A DNA stretch of 62,729 bases, filler included, from Thermodesulfobacteriota bacterium (lineage in GTDB: Bacteria; DASVDK01): NCBI GenBank assembly GCA_036381125.1. It is 9 parts of 9 records of this genome, joined end to end, with 100 filler letters (N's around TTAATTAATTAA, not from the genome) between each part and the next. Parts side by side here need not be neighbours in the genome. Positions count along the whole stretch, not along the records: positions 49,461 to 57,416 come from DASVDK010000088.1; positions 57,517 to 60,305 come from DASVDK010000092.1; positions 60,406 to 62,729 come from DASVDK010000110.1; 6 more parts are not named here. The stretch is one strand, 5' to 3'. Every line of letters begins with the position of its first letter. The first letter of the stretch is position 1. Under the pieces are notes generated by a model that ran no database searches, was not told the origin of the DNA, and saw only the letters and a list, made by a program, of their open reading frames with translations. The position numbers and the translations under genes were made by a program. Positions 49,649 through 60,634 of this stretch are shown here, in pieces.

Positions 49649-50035
49649 AACGGCTCGCGGCCGCCGTCCGCTCCGCCCGGGGTGAACCCGGGCTCCGCTC
49701 CACGCGGGCCTGCGGCCCGCTCCAGACCGGGGGCCGCTCGCCTCGCTCGGCGGCTCCGCCGCCTCGATCAACGGCTCGCGGCCGCCGTCCGCGCCATCAA
49801 CGGCGGGCAGGCTGCCGTCCGCTCCGGCCGGGGCAAGCCCGCGCTCCGCTCCTCCGGGGCTTCGCCCCGGACCCACACCCGGAGGCCTGCCCGCCTCAGC
49901 GGCCGCTACGCGGCCGCCCGCCGGGGTGAACCCGGGCTCCGCTCCTCGGCGCGCCGCTCGGCGCGCCCACCACCGGGGGCCGCTCGCCTCTACCGGCGCT
50001 CCCGCGCCGGGCGGCAACGGCTCGCGAGCCGAGCA
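49649..50035. repeat. Tandem cluster of structured palindromic repeats (about 3 full and 2 partial units)
   Basis: Units begin AACGGC at 49649, 49770, 49799 and 50016; a headless unit near 49920; shared GCTCCGCTCC and CGGGGTGAACCCG. Confidence 0.85.
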
Positions 50036-50161
50036 AGCCCCGTGCCAGGCCGGCCCGGGCCGCGCGCCGCCTGCCGAGCGTAACACCGGCAGGTCCAGTG
50101 CCGCGCGTCCGTTTCCCGCACCGGGCCGCCCTGGCCGGAGCGCCCGCCGCGCCGGGGCCCT

Positions 50162-52123
50162 CTAGACCCTGAACTGCCCGACCAGGCTGTTCAGCGTGTC
50201 GGCCAGGCGGGTCAGCTCCTGGGTGGTACGCGCGATCTCCTCGCTGCCCGCCGCCGTCTCCTTGGTCACCGTGCTGATGGTCCCCACGCTGGCGGCGACC
50301 CTGTCGCTCACCGTCGCCTGCTCCCGCGAGGCGGCGGCGACGACCTCGATCATGCGCGCCGTCTCCTCGACGGAGCTGTGCAGCTCCTTCAGGGCCTCCC
50401 CGGTCTCGGCCGCGAGCTTGCTGCCCGCCTCGACCTCGCGCACGACGGCCTGCATCGCCTCGGTCGCGCGCCCGGTCTCGCTCTGGATCTCGCGGATCAG
50501 CTCGCCGATCTTGACCGTCGACTCGGCCGACTTCTCGGCGAGCTTGCGGATCTCCTCGGCGACGACCTCGAAGCCGCGGCCGTGCTCGCCCGCGCGTGCC
50601 GCCTCGATGGCGGCGTTGAGCGCGAGCAGGTTCGTCTGGGCGGCGATGTCCTTGATGACCTCGACGATCTGACCGATCTCCTGGCTGCGGGTGCCGAGGC
50701 CGCTCATCATGGCGGCCGAGGCCGAGACGGCCTGCTCGATCGTCGCCATGCCGGCCAGCGAGGCGCGCACGGTGTCCGCACCCTTCTTGGCGCTGGCCGT
50801 CGCCCGGGCGCTGACGCCCTGGCTCTTCTGGGACGTGTCGTAGACGAGGTGGACCGAGTTGGCCAGCTCCTCGATCGCGCTGGCCGCCTCGGTGGTCTGC
50901 CGCGCCTGGTTCTCGGAGCCGGCCGCGAGCTGCTCGGTGGCGGCGGCGATCTGCTCGGATGCCGAGGCGACGCTCGCGGCCGACTCCTTGATCCGCCCGA
51001 TGAGTCCCTTGAGCTGCTCGGCGGTGCGGTTGAGCGCCCCGGAGAGGCGGCCCATCTCGTCCTCACCCGAGTGCTCCACCTGGCGGGTGAAGTCGCCCTG
51101 CGCGAGGATCTGCGCGAAGGCCACGCCGTCGAGGACCGGCCGGGCGAGCTGGCGCGCGAAGAAGACGGCGCCGAGCGAGACGACGGCGGCCGCCACGAGG
51201 ACGATGAGCATGACGACCCCGAAGAGCGTGTTGGCCGCCTGGAAGGCGACGCTCGTCGGCTGCACCGCGATCGCCGTCCACCCGAGCCCCTTGTAGTCCC
51301 GGGAGCCGTGCGAGACGGCATAGCCCACCAGAAGCTCGCCGTCGGGCGTGTTCTCGACCCGCGCCCCCTCCTGGCCGGCCCGGGCCCGTGCGAGCGCCTC
51401 GAGCCCCTCGACGCTCTCCGGCCTGACCGTGGCCTCCCTCGGTCGGGCGAGGACCTTCCCGTTCTTCCCCAGGATGAAGACCTCGACCGGCCGGCCGGCC
51501 GCCCGGGTCTCGGCCAGGATGGAGTCGAGCGCCGAGATCACGAAGTCCCAGTCGAACCGGCTGCTGATCACGCCCGCGGGCTGCCCGGTGATGCCGTCGC
51601 GCACGGCGGTCGAGAAGAGGACCGACCGGCCCTGGACCTCGGGGCGTTCCTGGACGTCCGCGACGTGGACCTCGCCCCGCATGGCGGCCTGGAACCACGG
51701 CTGGTCGGCAACGCTCACCCCCTGCAGGCGGGTCGTGATGGCCGGGTCGCTCGCGGCCACGACCGTCCCCGTCGCGTCGAACAGGAGGACGCCCGAGTAG
51801 ACGCCGTAGGTGCGCGAGAGCTGGTCGAGGGCCTCGACCGCCTTGTCGTAGGTCTGGAACTTCAGGGCGCCCTTGAAGACCGCCTGCTCGGCCCACGCCT
51901 GGATGTCGCCCCAGCGCGCGAAGAGCAGACGATCGAGGCCGTCGAGCGTCTGGGCGGCGGCCGACCCCAGCTCCTGGCCGATCGCCCGCTCGAGCGCGCG
52001 CCGCGCGCCGAAGTAGGCCATCAGGGCCACCGCGATCATGCTCGTCAGCGAGAGCGCGAGGAACCGACTGAGGAGACGTGCGGTGAGCGTTCCGTTCACG
52101 AGTCGAGCGACACGAGCCAGCAT
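50162..52123 (-). CDS. Methyl-accepting chemotaxis protein (Cache-HAMP-MA)
   Basis: 2 TM helices, Cache-like [34 protein letters not shown]. Confidence 0.95.
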   Translation of the reverse strand: MLARVARLVNGTLTARLLSRFLALSLTSMIAVALMAYFGARRALERAIGQELGSAAAQTLDGLDRLLFARWGDIQAWAEQAVFKGALKFQTYDKAVEALDQLSRTYGVYSGVLLFDATGTVVAASDPAITTRLQGVSVADQPWFQAAMRGEVHVADVQERPEVQGRSVLFSTAVRDGITGQPAGVISSRFDWDFVISALDSILAETRAAGRPVEVFILGKNGKVLARPREATVRPESVEGLEALARARAGQEGARVENTPDGELLVGYAVSHGSRDYKGLGWTAIAVQPTSVAFQAANTLFGVVMLIVLVAAAVVSLGAVFFARQLARPVLDGVAFAQILAQGDFTRQVEHSGEDEMGRLSGALNRTAEQLKGLIGRIKESAASVASASEQIAAATEQLAAGSENQARQTTEAASAIEELANSVHLVYDTSQKSQGVSARATASAKKGADTVRASLAGMATIEQAVSASAAMMSGLGTRSQEIGQIVEVIKDIAAQTNLLALNAAIEAARAGEHGRGFEVVAEEIRKLAEKSAESTVKIGELIREIQSETGRATEAMQAVVREVEAGSKLAAETGEALKELHSSVEETARMIEVVAAASREQATVSDRVAASVGTISTVTKETAAGSEEIARTTQELTRLADTLNSLVGQFRV

Positions 52124-52193
52124 GGATGTCTCTCCACGAGAACTACCCCTCGTCGGGGCGCGCCTTCCCCACGAAGACGCCCCCGTCCCACCG

Positions 52194-53300
52194 TTACCTG
52201 CGTGCGCGAGCCAGGGCGTCGATGGCGCGGCCGATCTCCTCGCCGAGCCGCCCCACCGGCGCCACGACGTCCGCGAGACCGGCCCGGACGGCCGACCCCG
52301 GCATGCCGTACACCACGGACGTGGACTCGTCCTGACAGAGCGCGATCCCGCCCGCGGCCTTGACGGCGGCGAGCCCGTCGGTCCCGTCGTTGCCCATCCC
52401 GGTGAGCACGACCGCCACGGCGCCGGCGCCGTAGACGCGCGCCACCGATTCGAAGAGGCGGTTGACCGACGGCCTCAGCGTGATCGCCGCCGGCTCGTCC
52501 GAGACGCACAGGCGCGCCCCCTGCGCGCCCGCCCCGCCGGCGACCACCGTGAGGTGCCGCCCCCCCGGCGCGACGTAGACCCGGCCGGGCTGGACCGGCT
52601 CGCCGTCGCGCGCCTCGCGGGCCGGCAGGCCGGTCGAGTCCTCGAGGAGCTGCGCGAACGCCGCCGTGAAGTGCGCCGGCATGTGCTGCGCGACGAAGAC
52701 CGGCGCCTCGAGCGGCGCGCGCAGCTTCGCGAGCACCGCCTGCAGCGCCATCACGCCCCCCGTCGACGCCCCGATGGCCACGCCGCACCGGGGCGCCCGG
52801 CGCACGGCCTGGACCTCGGGCGGCCGCGGCGCACGGTCGCGGCGGCCGTCGATCGGCGGGCGGAGCGACCGCCCGCGCACGGAGGCCGCGGCCAGCACCT
52901 TCGCGATCAGCTCGTCGCGCAGCGCCCCGAGGTCCATCGAGACCGAGCCGTCCGGCTTGGTCACGAAGTCGACGGCCCCCTGCGCGAGCGCCCTCAGCGT
53001 CACGTGCGCCCCGGCGGCGGTGCGCGCGGAGACCATCAGCACCGGCGTCGGCCGGCGCCGCATGATGGCCTCGAGCGTCGCCAGCCCGTCCTGACCCGGC
53101 ATCTCCACGTCGAGCGTCACCACGTCGGGCTCGAGCGCGAGCAGGCGGTCGAGCGCGGCGTCGCCGTCGGCCGCCTCGCCGGCCACCGCGACCCGCGGGT
53201 CCGACGCGAGCAGCCGCGCGAGCGCCCGGCGGACGAAGTGCGAGTCGTCCACGACCAGGACGCGGACCGGCCGCGCCGCCCTGGCCGACGCGACGCTCAC
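52194..53300 (-). CDS. cheB: Chemotaxis methylesterase
   Basis: REC domain + [24 protein letters not shown]. Confidence 0.95.
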   Translation of the reverse strand: MSVASARAARPVRVLVVDDSHFVRRALARLLASDPRVAVAGEAADGDAALDRLLALEPDVVTLDVEMPGQDGLATLEAIMRRRPTPVLMVSARTAAGAHVTLRALAQGAVDFVTKPDGSVSMDLGALRDELIAKVLAAASVRGRSLRPPIDGRRDRAPRPPEVQAVRRAPRCGVAIGASTGGVMALQAVLAKLRAPLEAPVFVAQHMPAHFTAAFAQLLEDSTGLPAREARDGEPVQPGRVYVAPGGRHLTVVAGGAGAQGARLCVSDEPAAITLRPSVNRLFESVARVYGAGAVAVVLTGMGNDGTDGLAAVKAAGGIALCQDESTSVVYGMPGSAVRAGLADVVAPVGRLGEEIGRAIDALARARR

Positions 53301-53325
53301 GCCGCCCGCTCCGCCGGCTCGCGGC

Positions 53326-55059
53326 TCATGCCGCCGCCATGTCGCCGGCCAGGGCGAGGAGCCCGAGCACGTCGGCGATGAGGACGAGCTCGCCGCTGCC
53401 GAGCAGGCTCGCGCCGGCGATGCCGCGCACCGGCTGCGGCAGCCGGGCCAGGTAGGGCCCGAGCGCCTTCAGGACCGTCTTGTCCTTGCCGCAGACCTCG
53501 TCGACGAGGAAGCCGACGCGCCGGTCGCCGTGCCGCACCACCACGACCGGCACCGGCGCGGTGTCGGGCAGCGCGCCCGACTCCGGCGCGCCGAGCGGGA
53601 GGGCGAGCGGCATCACCGGGATCGCCTGCCCCCTGAGCAGGTGGACCCGCTGGTGCCCGACGATCTGGAACTCCCTGGGCGCCACCCGGATCGTCTCCTC
53701 CACGTACGTGAGCGGGAGGCCGTAGAGCCGCCCCGCCACGCGCACGAGGAAGATCTGGATCATGGCGAGCGTGAGCGGGACGCGGAGCGTGAACGTGGTG
53801 CCCTGCCCGACCTGCGTGGCCAGCTCCACCGTGCCCCCGAGCCCCTCGACGGCGGTGCGCACGACGTCGAGCCCGACGCCCCGGCCGGAGATGCGGTCGA
53901 CCCGGTCGGCGGTCGAGAAGCCCGGCGAGAAGATGAGGCGCCGGACCGCCTCGGGCGTGAGCGGCGCCTCCGCGTCGGCCGCGGAGAGGAGCCCGCGCTC
54001 GGCCGCACGGCGCCGGACCGACGCCTCGTCGATGCCGCGTCCGTCGTCGGAGACCTCGATGACCACGTGGTCCTGCGCGTGCCGCGCCGCGAGCCGCACG
54101 CGGCCGGTCGCCGGCTTGCCCGCGGCGGCGCGGGCCTCCGCCGGCTCGATGCCGTGGCCGATCGCGTTGCGCACGAGGTGGACGACCGGGTCGTGGACCG
54201 CCTCGACGATCGCCTTGTCGAGCTCCGTCGCCTCCCCCTCGAGCTCGAGCACCACCGGCTTGCCCGCCTCCCGCGCGGTGTCGCGCACGAGGCGATGGAA
54301 CTTCTGGAAGAGCGTCCGGATGGGGACCATCCGGATGGAGAGGACCTCGCCCTGGAGCTGGTCCGCCAGCCGGGAGAGGCCGGCCGCGACGTCCTCCAGC
54401 TCCCGGTGGTGCGTGCGGCGCGAGAGGCTCGCAAGCTGCGACCGGCTCGCCATCAGCTCCCCGACGAGGTTCACGAGCCGATCGAGCCGGGCCGTCGAGA
54501 CGCGGATGGTGTCGCCGTCGCGGCCGCGGCGGCCGTCGGCCGCGGCGCGGTCGGCCGGCGCCGGCTCGGCGCCGGCCGCGACGGCCGGATCGTCCGGCGC
54601 CCCCCGGGACCACCCGGCCGCCGGCGCCGCCGCGGCCTCCCCGGCGCCGGCGTGCAGCGCCTCGAACCGGGCGAGCAGCGACTCCAGCTCGGCGGTGAGC
54701 CGGCCGGCGTCCCCGCCCGGCTGGCCCGGCGCGGCCGAGGCGAGCAGCATCCGGCAGGCGTCGAGCCCGCGCAGCAGGAGGTCGAGGAGGTCCGGACCCG
54801 AGGCGAGCGAGCCGTCGCGCACGCGCCCGAGGACGTTCTCCATCGAGTGCGCCAGGGTCGCCAGGGTCTCCATCCCCATGAACCCGGCGTTCCCCTTGAG
54901 CGAGTGCGCCGCGCGGAAGACGCGGTGCAGGACGTCGCGGTCGTCCGGCCGCTGCTCGAGCAGCACCAGGTCGCGCGCGACCGCGTCGAGCAGCTCTCGG
55001 CTCTCGTCGAGGAACTCGCCGTAGAGGCCGGTCAGGTCGGGCTGTCCCGCGTCCGTCAT
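53326..55059 (-). CDS. cheA: Chemotaxis histidine kinase (HPt-dimer-HATPase-CheW, no evident P2)
   Basis: FRAAHSLKG, LVNLVGEL, HLVRNA, DDGRG, SGRGVGLD, PLTLA. Confidence 0.95.
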   Translation of the reverse strand: MTDAGQPDLTGLYGEFLDESRELLDAVARDLVLLEQRPDDRDVLHRVFRAAHSLKGNAGFMGMETLATLAHSMENVLGRVRDGSLASGPDLLDLLLRGLDACRMLLASAAPGQPGGDAGRLTAELESLLARFEALHAGAGEAAAAPAAGWSRGAPDDPAVAAGAEPAPADRAAADGRRGRDGDTIRVSTARLDRLVNLVGELMASRSQLASLSRRTHHRELEDVAAGLSRLADQLQGEVLSIRMVPIRTLFQKFHRLVRDTAREAGKPVVLELEGEATELDKAIVEAVHDPVVHLVRNAIGHGIEPAEARAAAGKPATGRVRLAARHAQDHVVIEVSDDGRGIDEASVRRRAAERGLLSAADAEAPLTPEAVRRLIFSPGFSTADRVDRISGRGVGLDVVRTAVEGLGGTVELATQVGQGTTFTLRVPLTLAMIQIFLVRVAGRLYGLPLTYVEETIRVAPREFQIVGHQRVHLLRGQAIPVMPLALPLGAPESGALPDTAPVPVVVVRHGDRRVGFLVDEVCGKDKTVLKALGPYLARLPQPVRGIAGASLLGSGELVLIADVLGLLALAGDMAAA

Positions 55060-55068
55060 CCCGTCGCC

Positions 55069-55434
55069 CTACGCGAAGACCTGGTCGATCGCCTCGAGGA
55101 GCTGATCGGGCTGGAAGGGCTTGTTGAGGAAGAAGCGGGCGCCGAGCGAGAGCGCCGTCTGCCGGTCGGCCTCGCCCTTCTCGGACGTGAGCATGATGAC
55201 CGGCAACGCGCTCGTCTCCGGCCGCTTCTTGATCTCGCGCAGCACCTCGAGCCCGTTCATCCGCGGCATCATGATGTCGAGGATGAGCAGGTCGTACTGG
55301 GCCTGCGGGAGCTTCTCGAGCGCCTCGATGCCGTCCGACGCGATGGTCACGTCGTGCCCCTTGTACTTCAGGGTGAACGAGATGAACTTCTGCGTCGCCG
55401 GCGAGTCCTCGGCAATGAGAATCTTCCGCGACAT
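55069..55434 (-). CDS. cheY: Single-domain response regulator
   Basis: ILIAEDS, LDIMMP, MLTS, KPF; within che cluster. Confidence 0.8.
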   Translation of the reverse strand: MSRKILIAEDSPATQKFISFTLKYKGHDVTIASDGIEALEKLPQAQYDLLILDIMMPRMNGLEVLREIKKRPETSALPVIMLTSEKGEADRQTALSLGARFFLNKPFQPDQLLEAIDQVFA

Positions 55435-55442
55435 GGTCCCTC

Positions 55443-56249
55443 CTACGCCTTCTCGTACACGAGACCGCCCTTCACGCTTCGGATCTGGAACGGCACGCGC
55501 GAGATGTCGATGGTCTCGGCGCCGCCCATGAGGAGCAGGCCCCACGGCGCGAGCACGCGGTGGAACGCCTGCGCCGCGGCGAGCTTGGCGGCGTCCGACA
55601 GGTAGATGAAGACGTTTCGGCACACGATCAGGTCCTGCTCCGGCACCGCGGCCAGCGCGTCGGGGTCGGCGAGGTTGAGCTGCCGGTACGCGATCTGCGC
55701 GGCGTACTGGGGCTTGAGCCGGTAGCCGCCCCCCTCCTCGACGAAGAACCGCGCCCGGCGCGCCTCGCTCACCCCGCGCATGCGATGGGCCGGGAAGCGC
55801 GCCCCGCGCGCCGTCTCGAGCGCGCGGGCCGAGATGTCGGTCGCCAGGATCTCCACCGGGCCGAGCACCCGCTCGGCCAGGAACATCGCGAGCGTCGCCG
55901 GCTCCTCGCCGGTGGCGCAGGCCGCGCTCCAGGCCCGGAACGGCCTCGGGTGCCCGTTGCGCACCGCGGCGAGCACGGGGAGCGCGTCGACGAGGACCTC
56001 GAACTGCTCGGGCGATCGGAAGAAGCTCGTCTCCTGCACCGTCAGGAGGTCCACGAGCGCCTGCAGCTCCGCCTCGCCGTCGGGGCTGTACTTGAGGAAG
56101 TAGTAGTAGTCGCGGGCCGAGGCGATGCGCCGCGCCTTGAGCCGCTCGCCGACGCGCGCGTCGAGGTAGTCGACCCGGTTGTCGCGGACGTGGATGCCGG
56201 TGCGCTCGCAGACGTAGTCGCGCAACGCCGCGAACTCCTCGAACGTCAT
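55443..56249 (-). CDS. cheR: Chemotaxis methyltransferase
   Basis: ETSFFR, WSAACATGEEP, ATDIS, CRNVFIY. Confidence 0.93.
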   Translation of the reverse strand: MTFEEFAALRDYVCERTGIHVRDNRVDYLDARVGERLKARRIASARDYYYFLKYSPDGEAELQALVDLLTVQETSFFRSPEQFEVLVDALPVLAAVRNGHPRPFRAWSAACATGEEPATLAMFLAERVLGPVEILATDISARALETARGARFPAHRMRGVSEARRARFFVEEGGGYRLKPQYAAQIAYRQLNLADPDALAAVPEQDLIVCRNVFIYLSDAAKLAAAQAFHRVLAPWGLLLMGGAETIDISRVPFQIRSVKGGLVYEKA

Positions 56250-57416
56250 TGGCGCGCCCCGGTTCGCTCGAGCGCCAGCTCGGCCGCCCGGCGCGCCGAC
56301 GGGTGCGGGTCGTCGAGGAGCGCCGCCAGCGCGTCCTGCGCCGAGGTCTCCGCCCGCCGCCCCAGCGCCGTGGCGGCCGCCGTCCGCACCTTCCAGGAGA
56401 CGTCGCCGAGCGCCGATACCAGCGCGCCGAGCACGGCGTCCCCGGAGAGCCGCCCCACCGCCTCGACGACCGCCTCGCGGACGTCCTCGTCCGGATCGGC
56501 GGCCAGCGCGAGGAGAGGCCCGACCGCCTCGGCGTCCCTGAGTTCGCCCAGCGCGCGGGCGGCCGCGAGCCGCACGGCCCCGACCGGGTCGGCCAGCGCC
56601 TCGCGCAGCGCCGGCGCGCCGCGGCGGTCGCCGATGGCGCCGATCGCGCGAGCCGCCTCGTACCGGACCCAGGGGTCGGCGTCGCGCAGCGTGAGGCGAA
56701 GCGGCTCGAGGGTCCGCGGATCGCCCAGCTCGCCGAGCACGGCGGCGGCCGAGCGCCTGAGCACCGGGTCTTCCGAGCCGAGGAGCATGAGCGGCAGCGA
56801 CCCGACCTCGTCCTCGTCGAAGACCGCCAGGGCGAAGACGGCGGCCTGCCGCACCTCGGGCCGCGCTGCGTAGAGCAGCCGCTTCAGGGGCTCGACGGCC
56901 CGCCGGTCGTGAATGCGCGAGAGCGCCTCGATCGCCGAGCGGACGTCGCCCCCCTCCGGGTCCTCGAGGCGGCCGAGCAGGAGGTCGACGACGCCGGGGA
57001 ACCGGCCGCACTGCGCGACCGCGTCGACGGCGGCCTGCCGCACCCGCTCGGCGGGGTCGCGGAGCGCCGGCAGGAGCGCCTCGACGACCTCGGGCGTGTC
57101 CAGCTTGCCGAGGGCGCGCACCGCCTCGGCCCTGAGGTCGTCGTCCCCCTCCGCCTCGCCGGCCGGGTCGGCCAGGTCCGCGAGGCGGCGGCGGCAGGCC
57201 GCGAGCCGCGCCTCGCCCGCCGCGAGCGCGGCGAGCCGCCGCGCGGCCGGCGCGCCGGAGGCGAGAAGGTCCTCGATCGCGGCCGCGGCCGCGCCGCCGG
57301 GGTCGCGCCGGGCCAGCGCCGACAGCTCGAGCGCCGAGACCCGCCCGTGGTCGTCCTCCGCGGGGCTCTCGGGCGGGGCCGCGTCGTCGGCGACCAGGCC
57401 CGCCAGGGCCGGGACC
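56246..57416 (-). CDS. HEAT/PBS-lyase repeat protein (5' truncated)
   Basis: Repeated L.D.D..VR.AA..ALG; stop overlaps cheR start. Confidence 0.88.
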
Positions 57417-57516
57417 NNNNNNNNNNNNNNNNNNNNNNNNNNNNNNNNNNNNNNNNNNNNTTAATTAATTAANNNNNNNNNNNNNNNNNNNNNNNNNNNN
57501 NNNNNNNNNNNNNNNN

Positions 57517-57876
57517 CGACTGGTAGAGCGGCCCCCAGACCAGCTTCACCAGGTCGTCGAAGATCAGGACGAACGCGAAGGTCAAGAGGAGCTGGAAGGC
57601 GACGTCGAGCTGGTAGACCCGTCTGAGGAATCCGACCTCCATCGCCCACCCGATGGCGACCACGAGGAGCGGGCCCACGAGGAGGGCGAGCCAGAAGTGG
57701 CCGCCGAGGAGGCCGAGGGCGAAGTAGGTGAGGTAGGCCCCCAGCATGTACAGGCTGCCGTGGGCGAAGTTGAGCACCCGCAGGACGCCGAAGATCAGCG
57801 AGAGCCCCGCGGCCACGAGCCAGAGGTACATCGCTTCGGTGAGGCCGACGAGGCCCTGGAAGACGTACGGCGCCAT
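57517..57876 (-). CDS. Branched-chain amino acid-type ABC permease, LivH-like (3' truncated)
   Basis: GLSLIFGVLRVLNFAHGSLYMLGAY. Confidence 0.88.
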
Positions 57877-58024
57877 TATCCGCGGGGGCCCCCCTCGTCC
57901 CGACGGCACCCGGCCTCTCGGCCGGGTGCCCGACTCCCCCGCGCTCGGGCCGGGCTCGCGACACGCCTGCCTTCGGCAGGCTGCGCGTCATGCACGGCCC
58001 GAGCCTCGACGTGTCTCGGCAACC

Positions 58025-59290
58025 TTACCCCTCCACCGGCGGGAAGGGCGGGTTGCGGTAGTAGTCGCTGGCCGAGGCGACCTTGAGGTTCGTGAGGACC
58101 GGCATCGGGTACTTCGGGTCGTGGGTGATCTGCCCCCACGGCACCTCGTAGACCGCCTGGTGGTCCTCCTTCCGGATCACCGACCGGCCGGCCGGCCGGT
58201 CGAGCGTCATCCCCTCCATCACCGGGATCAGCTTGTCGGTGTCGATGGAGCCGGCCTGCTCCACGGCCCGCTTGATCATGTGGAGGGCCGCGTACGACGT
58301 CTCGGAGACGTAGTGCGGGTAGGTGTTCCACCGCTTCCGGAAGCGCTCGACGAACCGGCGGTTCGTCTCGGTCTCCGGGTACTGGAACCAGTAGCGCCCC
58401 GAGGCCCAGGTCCCCTCGGGGTACTCCTTGCCGAGCCCCTCGAGGACGTCCATGGCCGAGCCCATGGCGACCATCACCGCCTTCGTGCTGTCGAACACCC
58501 GGAAGAGCTTCGCCTGCTTGACGAGGGTGACCGCCTCGCCGCCCCACTCGGTGGAGAAGATCGCCTCGGGGGAGGACGCCATGACCTTGCTGATGTGGCT
58601 CGAGAAGTCCACCGTGCCGAACTTGGCGAAGCTCTCCGCCACGAACTCGACGTCCGGCTTGAGGCGCGTGAGCGTCGCCTTGAACATCTTCCACGACGTG
58701 TGGCCGTACTCGTAGTCGGGCGAGACGGTGGCCCAGCGCTTCACCGGGAAGTCCTTCGCGATGAAGGCCGAGGCGATGGCGTCCTGGTAGACCGGCACGC
58801 TCGTCCGGAAGAGCTGCTTCAGCCCCTTCTTGTAGACGAGCTCCTCGTTGTACTTCTCCGTGGCGCCGTGCGTCACGATGAGGATCTTGCCGAGCGACGG
58901 CATCACCTGCCCGACGGCGAGGGCGACCCCCGACGAGTCGATGCCGATGACGAAGTCGGCGCCCCACTGGTCGACGAAGTAGCGCGCGTTCCTGACGCCG
59001 ACGTCCGGCTTGAGCTCGTCGTCCCGGAAGTCGAGCTCGATCTTGTTGCCGCCCACACCGCCCGCATCGTTGATCTCCTCCGCGGCAAGGATGGCGCCCT
59101 TCTTCATGAACTCGCCGTAGCCGCCGAGCGGGCCCGACATGATCCCCATGCCGCCGACCTTGATGGGACGCTTGAGGTTGATGGCCGGCGCGCCGATGAC
59201 GCGGCCGGGGGCGAGGCTCGCGGCCAGCGCCGCGCCGGCGGCGGAGGCCTTGAGGAATCGACGACGGGTCGTCCGGGTTCCCTGTGCCAT
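58025..59290 (-). CDS. Tat-exported LivJ/K-family ABC substrate-binding protein
   Basis: TRRRFLK Tat motif, EEINDAGG, PDYEYG, DFSSHISK. Confidence 0.9.
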   Translation of the reverse strand: MAQGTRTTRRRFLKASAAGAALAASLAPGRVIGAPAINLKRPIKVGGMGIMSGPLGGYGEFMKKGAILAAEEINDAGGVGGNKIELDFRDDELKPDVGVRNARYFVDQWGADFVIGIDSSGVALAVGQVMPSLGKILIVTHGATEKYNEELVYKKGLKQLFRTSVPVYQDAIASAFIAKDFPVKRWATVSPDYEYGHTSWKMFKATLTRLKPDVEFVAESFAKFGTVDFSSHISKVMASSPEAIFSTEWGGEAVTLVKQAKLFRVFDSTKAVMVAMGSAMDVLEGLGKEYPEGTWASGRYWFQYPETETNRRFVERFRKRWNTYPHYVSETSYAALHMIKRAVEQAGSIDTDKLIPVMEGMTLDRPAGRSVIRKEDHQAVYEVPWGQITHDPKYPMPVLTNLKVASASDYYRNPPFPPVEG

Positions 59291-59571
59291 AGACGCACTC
59301 CTCTCAGGTGAGAGACAACCGTCGTTTGATCATCGGCCGAGGACCGGGGGCGTGTCAACCAGGGGAGCGTCTGGTCGCGGCCGGCGATCGCGGAGCCGCC
59401 CCGCCGATGCGCGCGGGTGGGGGCGCCGGCGGGGGTGCGCCCCGCCCACCGGGCCGCGAGGCCCTCGAGAGTCCGCGCCAACCCGGCTGCCGGACAAGAT
59501 TAGCGCTCGGTCGCCCGAGTGGCGACGGCGACGTTGACAGGCAGGCGAGAGGCGTGGTTCGCTCTCGGGCC

Positions 59572-60305
59572 ATGCGCCGCCGTCCGCTCGAGCGCCGCTT
59601 CTCCTGGTCGGTGAGCCGCGACCGGCTCTTTCGCGCCTGCCCACGCGCATACTGGTACCAGTACTACGGCTCCTGGGGGGGCTGGGAGGCGGACGCCTCG
59701 CCCGAGGTCCGCGAGCTGTACGTCCTCAAGCAGCTCTCGACGCGACACCAGTGGGTGGGGGCCTCGGTGCACGCCGCGATCGAGCAGGTGCTCGTGGCGC
59801 TGCGCAACGGCCGGCCGCTCTCCCGCGACGAGGCCTGCCGCCAGCTCACGTTCCGCATGCGCGGGGCGTTCGATGCGTCGCGCCGCGGCCGCTACTGGCG
59901 CGAGCCGAAGGCCGGCGGTCTCGTCGAGCACGAGTACCGCCTGCCCGTGAGCGACGAGGAGTGGCGGTCGCTCCACGAGGGGGCGGTGCGCGCCCTCTCG
60001 GCCGCCTTCGACCTGCCGCTCTTCGACCGTCTCGCCCGCCTGCGGCGGGACGACTGGCTCGCCATCGAGCTTCGGGACGCGTTCGAGGTGGACGGCGTTC
60101 CGGTCTGGTGCGTGCCGGACCTCGCCTTCCGCGAGGAGGGGCGGGTGGTGATCGTCGACTGGAAGACCGGCGCCCCGGAGGGGCCCGAGGTCGAGGCGGC
60201 CGTGCGCTTCCAGCTCGCCTGCTACGGCCTCTACGCGCGCGCCCGGCTGGCGGCCAGCCCGGACGCGCTGCGGCTCGGCGTCGCGTTCCTCGCCGTGCCG
60301 GAGTA
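59572..60305 (+). CDS. PD-(D/E)XK (RecB-like) nuclease family protein (3' truncated)
   Basis: SWS.SR..F..CPRAYW, G..VH, PDL, IVDWKTG, QLACY. Confidence 0.85.
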
Positions 60306-60405
60306 NNNNNNNNNNNNNNNNNNNNNNNNNNNNNNNNNNNNNNNNNNNNTTAATTAATTAANNNNNNNNNNNNNNNNNNNNNNNNNNNNNNNNNNNNNNN
60401 NNNNN

Positions 60406-60623
60406 GGCGACTGCTCGCGCTGCGGCAGGGCGCGCGCGCGGCCGGCGACCGCCCGGCGCCGCCGCGGCTCGAAAGCTCGCGGCCGATGGGGCCCGTCACG
60501 TCCACGCCCCCGGCCGAGAGGCCCTCGACCGTGTCTGACGCGATCCGCGAGATCCAGCGGCGCCGCCGCCTGGCTCGTCGTGGCGTGGTAGGCCCCGGCG
60601 CGCCCCGCGCGCAGGGCGCGTAG
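60406..60623 (+). CDS. Probable capsid scaffolding protein C-terminus (5' truncated)
   Basis: Pro-rich linker then helix SDAIREIQRRRR, directly before capsid gene. Confidence 0.5.
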
Positions 60624-60634
60624 AAGGAGTGTAG

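Noticed and set aside
49649-50035. CRISPR array
   Set aside because: Units are long, degenerate and irregularly spaced, with no constant repeat/unique spacer pattern and no cas genes
59572-60305. Cas4 or defence nuclease
   Set aside because: Generic PD-(D/E)XK motifs only; truncated before any C-terminal Cys cluster; no CRISPR or defence context
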